From the IMG/VR virus record IMGVR_UViG_3300027753_000082, positions 1 through 24,408 of that record: a stretch of DNA of 24,408 bases; one strand, 5' to 3'. A model generated the notes under the pieces. That model did no database searches, was not told the DNA's origin, and saw only the letters and a list, made by a program, of their open reading frames with translations. How positions within the stretch are numbered: the first letter of the stretch is position 1; each line of letters opens with the position of its first letter. The DNA is from a virus. Its lineage: Duplodnaviria; Caudoviricetes. A program made the position numbers and the translations under genes. Of the stretch, positions 22,849-24,408 are shown piece after piece.

Positions 22849-23494
22849 GGTAACATACATCGACCACATGGGTAAGGATCTAACTGTAGCCAACGCTGCC
22901 CGTGTGTCATTTGGTAAGACAAGTGAGATGGAAGATGATCCGTGGGGTCCACCACTACTCAAAGCTAAAGACAATAAGCTCATCCGTTACCTTGCAAGAG
23001 AAAAACATATCTCTCCATTCGGACATTGCTTTGCCAGCTTCCACGTCAAGGCTCCGATATTTGTAGCACGGCAGCTAGTCAAGCATAAGTTCTTGAGATG
23101 GAACGAAATATCTAGGCGCTACGTTGATGAAGAGCCTGAGTTCTACGAACCTATGGCATGGCGTGGACGTAGTGCTGATAAAAAGCAAGGGTCTGAGGGG
23201 CTTGTCAACATCACCGTAGATCAGGAGACACAATGGGCACGACATCTAGCGACATACATGGTCCTATTGGATGAAGGGGTATGTCCAGAGCAAGCACGTA
23301 TGGTACTGCCTCAGTCTATGATGACTGAGTGGTACTGGTCAGGTAGCCTTGATGCCTTTGCTGATATGTGCAACTTACGCTGTAAGTCTGACACACAAGC
23401 AGAAACACGAGAGGTAGCAAAGCAGATTGACCTCAAGATGATCCAGCTATTTCCCGTATCATGGGATGCACTAACGGATAATAGTGATGACTGA
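22841..23494 (+). CDS. thyX: Flavin-dependent thymidylate synthase
   Basis: VANAARVSF, HISPFGH, APIFVARQLVKH, WNEISRRY, EQARMVLP, LRCKSDTQAETR. Confidence 0.93.
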   Translation: MIKVTYIDHMGKDLTVANAARVSFGKTSEMEDDPWGPPLLKAKDNKLIRYLAREKHISPFGHCFASFHVKAPIFVARQLVKHKFLRWNEISRRYVDEEPEFYEPMAWRGRSADKKQGSEGLVNITVDQETQWARHLATYMVLLDEGVCPEQARMVLPQSMMTEWYWSGSLDAFADMCNLRCKSDTQAETREVAKQIDLKMIQLFPVSWDALTDNSDD

Positions 23495-23663
23495 GTATGT
23501 AAATGAACCCGTCAAGATAACTGACATAACTGAGCATGAGGACGGTAGTGCCACGTTGCAGGTAGAGTGTGACCCTAAGACCTTTGCTGCCATCTTTAAC
23601 GTAGGCTTTGTGTCCCTGATTAAGACTGGCCTATACTGGGAGACAGACAATGACAGACAATGA
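23487..23663 (+). CDS. Hypothetical protein (58 aa)
   Basis: Not in the ORF track; MTEYVNEPVKITDITEHEDGSATLQVECD...; overlaps the thyX stop. Confidence 0.65.
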   Translation: MTEYVNEPVKITDITEHEDGSATLQVECDPKTFAAIFNVGFVSLIKTGLYWETDNDRQ

Positions 23664-23772
23664 GTGGCCCTTAGAAGCTGACTTCACAGACATTAGACCA
23701 ATGACACCAGAAGAGCGCAAGGCTGCTGAAGAACGTGACGAAAAGAATGGTAAGAGTAATGATAAAGAGTGA
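23650..23772 (+). CDS. Hypothetical protein (40 aa)
   Basis: GGAG RBS; MTDNEWPLEADFTDIRPMTPEERKAAEERDEKNGKSNDKE; tiles between its neighbours. Confidence 0.55.
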   Translation: MTDNEWPLEADFTDIRPMTPEERKAAEERDEKNGKSNDKE

Positions 23773-24070
23773 ATGGAATCGCCTGATAAAAGAACGTGAA
23801 GACTTTAAGGAGAGTGTATTGGCAGAGCATACATCGGATCTAGTGAATGAACCTAAGCACTACGCACGTTGGTCCATTGAGCCTATCACATACATCATGC
23901 GCAATGGCTTTGAGTTCTGGCGTGGCAACATCGTTAAGTATGCCAGCCGTGCAGGTTATAAAATGTACGAAGGTAAGACACAGGTTGAGTCCGAGATCCT
24001 TGACTTAGAGAAAGTTCAACGCTATTGTCAAATGAGAATCAATCAACTAAACGGAGAGGAAAAGTTATGA
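23759..24070 (+). CDS. DUF3310 / T7 gp1.7-like protein (putative nucleotide kinase)
   Basis: DLVNEPKHY, IEPI, FWRGNIVKYASRAGYK, DLEK...Y; near thyX; start likely ATG 23759. Confidence 0.8.
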   Translation: MIKSEWNRLIKEREDFKESVLAEHTSDLVNEPKHYARWSIEPITYIMRNGFEFWRGNIVKYASRAGYKMYEGKTQVESEILDLEKVQRYCQMRINQLNGEEKL

Positions 24071-24198
24071 TACCTATAGGTCAGCTTAGACTATTACTCA
24101 CAAAGGCTGGACTCGAATATACTATTACCCGTATTGATGGTAACGTGGCTCACGTAAACATCCTTGTAGCGGAGGTTAAGGGGGATGTACACAGTTGA
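24067..24198 (+). CDS. Hypothetical protein (43 aa)
   Basis: GAGGA RBS, ATGA overlap; MIPIGQLRLLLTKAGLEYTITRIDGNVAHVNILVAEVKGDVHS. Confidence 0.6.
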   Translation: MIPIGQLRLLLTKAGLEYTITRIDGNVAHVNILVAEVKGDVHS

Positions 24199-24408
24199 GT
24201 TTAACTATGACACGACAACCATAGTAAGTATGGATGACCATGATAGTTTCAATGATGTTGAGGTGACGTTAGCTGACAATGGATTAGTTTTAATGGCTCA
24301 GTATGATGATGACGCTGGAAGTTCAGACATGATAATGATAAGTCACCAGCAACTTATGGATATTGTTACCTCTATGAATAGTCCAGAAGGCTTGTTTAAA
24401 ATTGAAAT
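24185..24408 (+). CDS. Acidic hypothetical protein (runs off the window end)
   Basis: GGAGG upstream; MYTVEFNYDTTTIVSMDDHDSFNDVEV... open to the window edge. Confidence 0.65.
   Translation, partial: MYTVEFNYDTTTIVSMDDHDSFNDVEVTLADNGLVLMAQYDDDAGSSDMIMISHQQLMDIVTSMNSPEGLFKIE

Noticed and set aside
17321-22983. Minus-strand and nested ORFs in the rightward arm (17321-17743, 17344-17550, 18165-18891, 19553-19864, 20048-20278, 22571-22983)
   Set aside because: They overlap plus-strand genes that have clear RBSs and tight tiling.
23642-23663. Tandem GACAGACAAT duplication
   Set aside because: Only two 10-bp units at a gene overlap; no evidence of function.

Overview
This window is part of a tailed dsDNA phage genome, with no recognisable host chromosomal genes. 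The host is probably an alphaproteobacterium (Rhodobacteraceae-like), inferred from a DUF1127-like gene, SLRPxxR peptides and GTTC-N7-GTTC boxes. There are two divergent arms. The minus-strand arm (1-15568) carries, in transcription order: a lysis cassette (EF-hand membrane protein, holin-like protein, M15 endolysin), small basic proteins, a DUF1127-like protein, TerS, a recombinase-like DNA-binding protein, TerL, portal, a 1397-aa modular protein with two HExxH motifs, scaffold, major capsid protein and two further virion genes. The plus-strand arm (17313-24408) carries early hypotheticals, a Cys/acidic-rich protein coupled to an M28-like Zn hydrolase, tRNA-Arg(UCU), a tyrosine recombinase, ThyX and a DUF3310-like protein. 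The arms are separated by about 1.7 kb of non-coding DNA. The most unusual signals are: (1) that non-coding DNA is tiled with host-regulator-like sites (4 perfect alpha-type LexA boxes, 6 copies of a 20-bp IHF-like motif, 2 Fur/Mur-like boxes); (2) one asymmetric RNA internal loop, C(N)AC/CC, recurs four times in the scaffold and capsid leaders; (3) the giant protein consists of xxGG-delimited modules ahead of a core that has its own internal Shine-Dalgarno; (4) two outward-facing promoter plus TACTWWAGTA iteron cassettes. All family assignments come from motifs recognised by eye; no searches were run.
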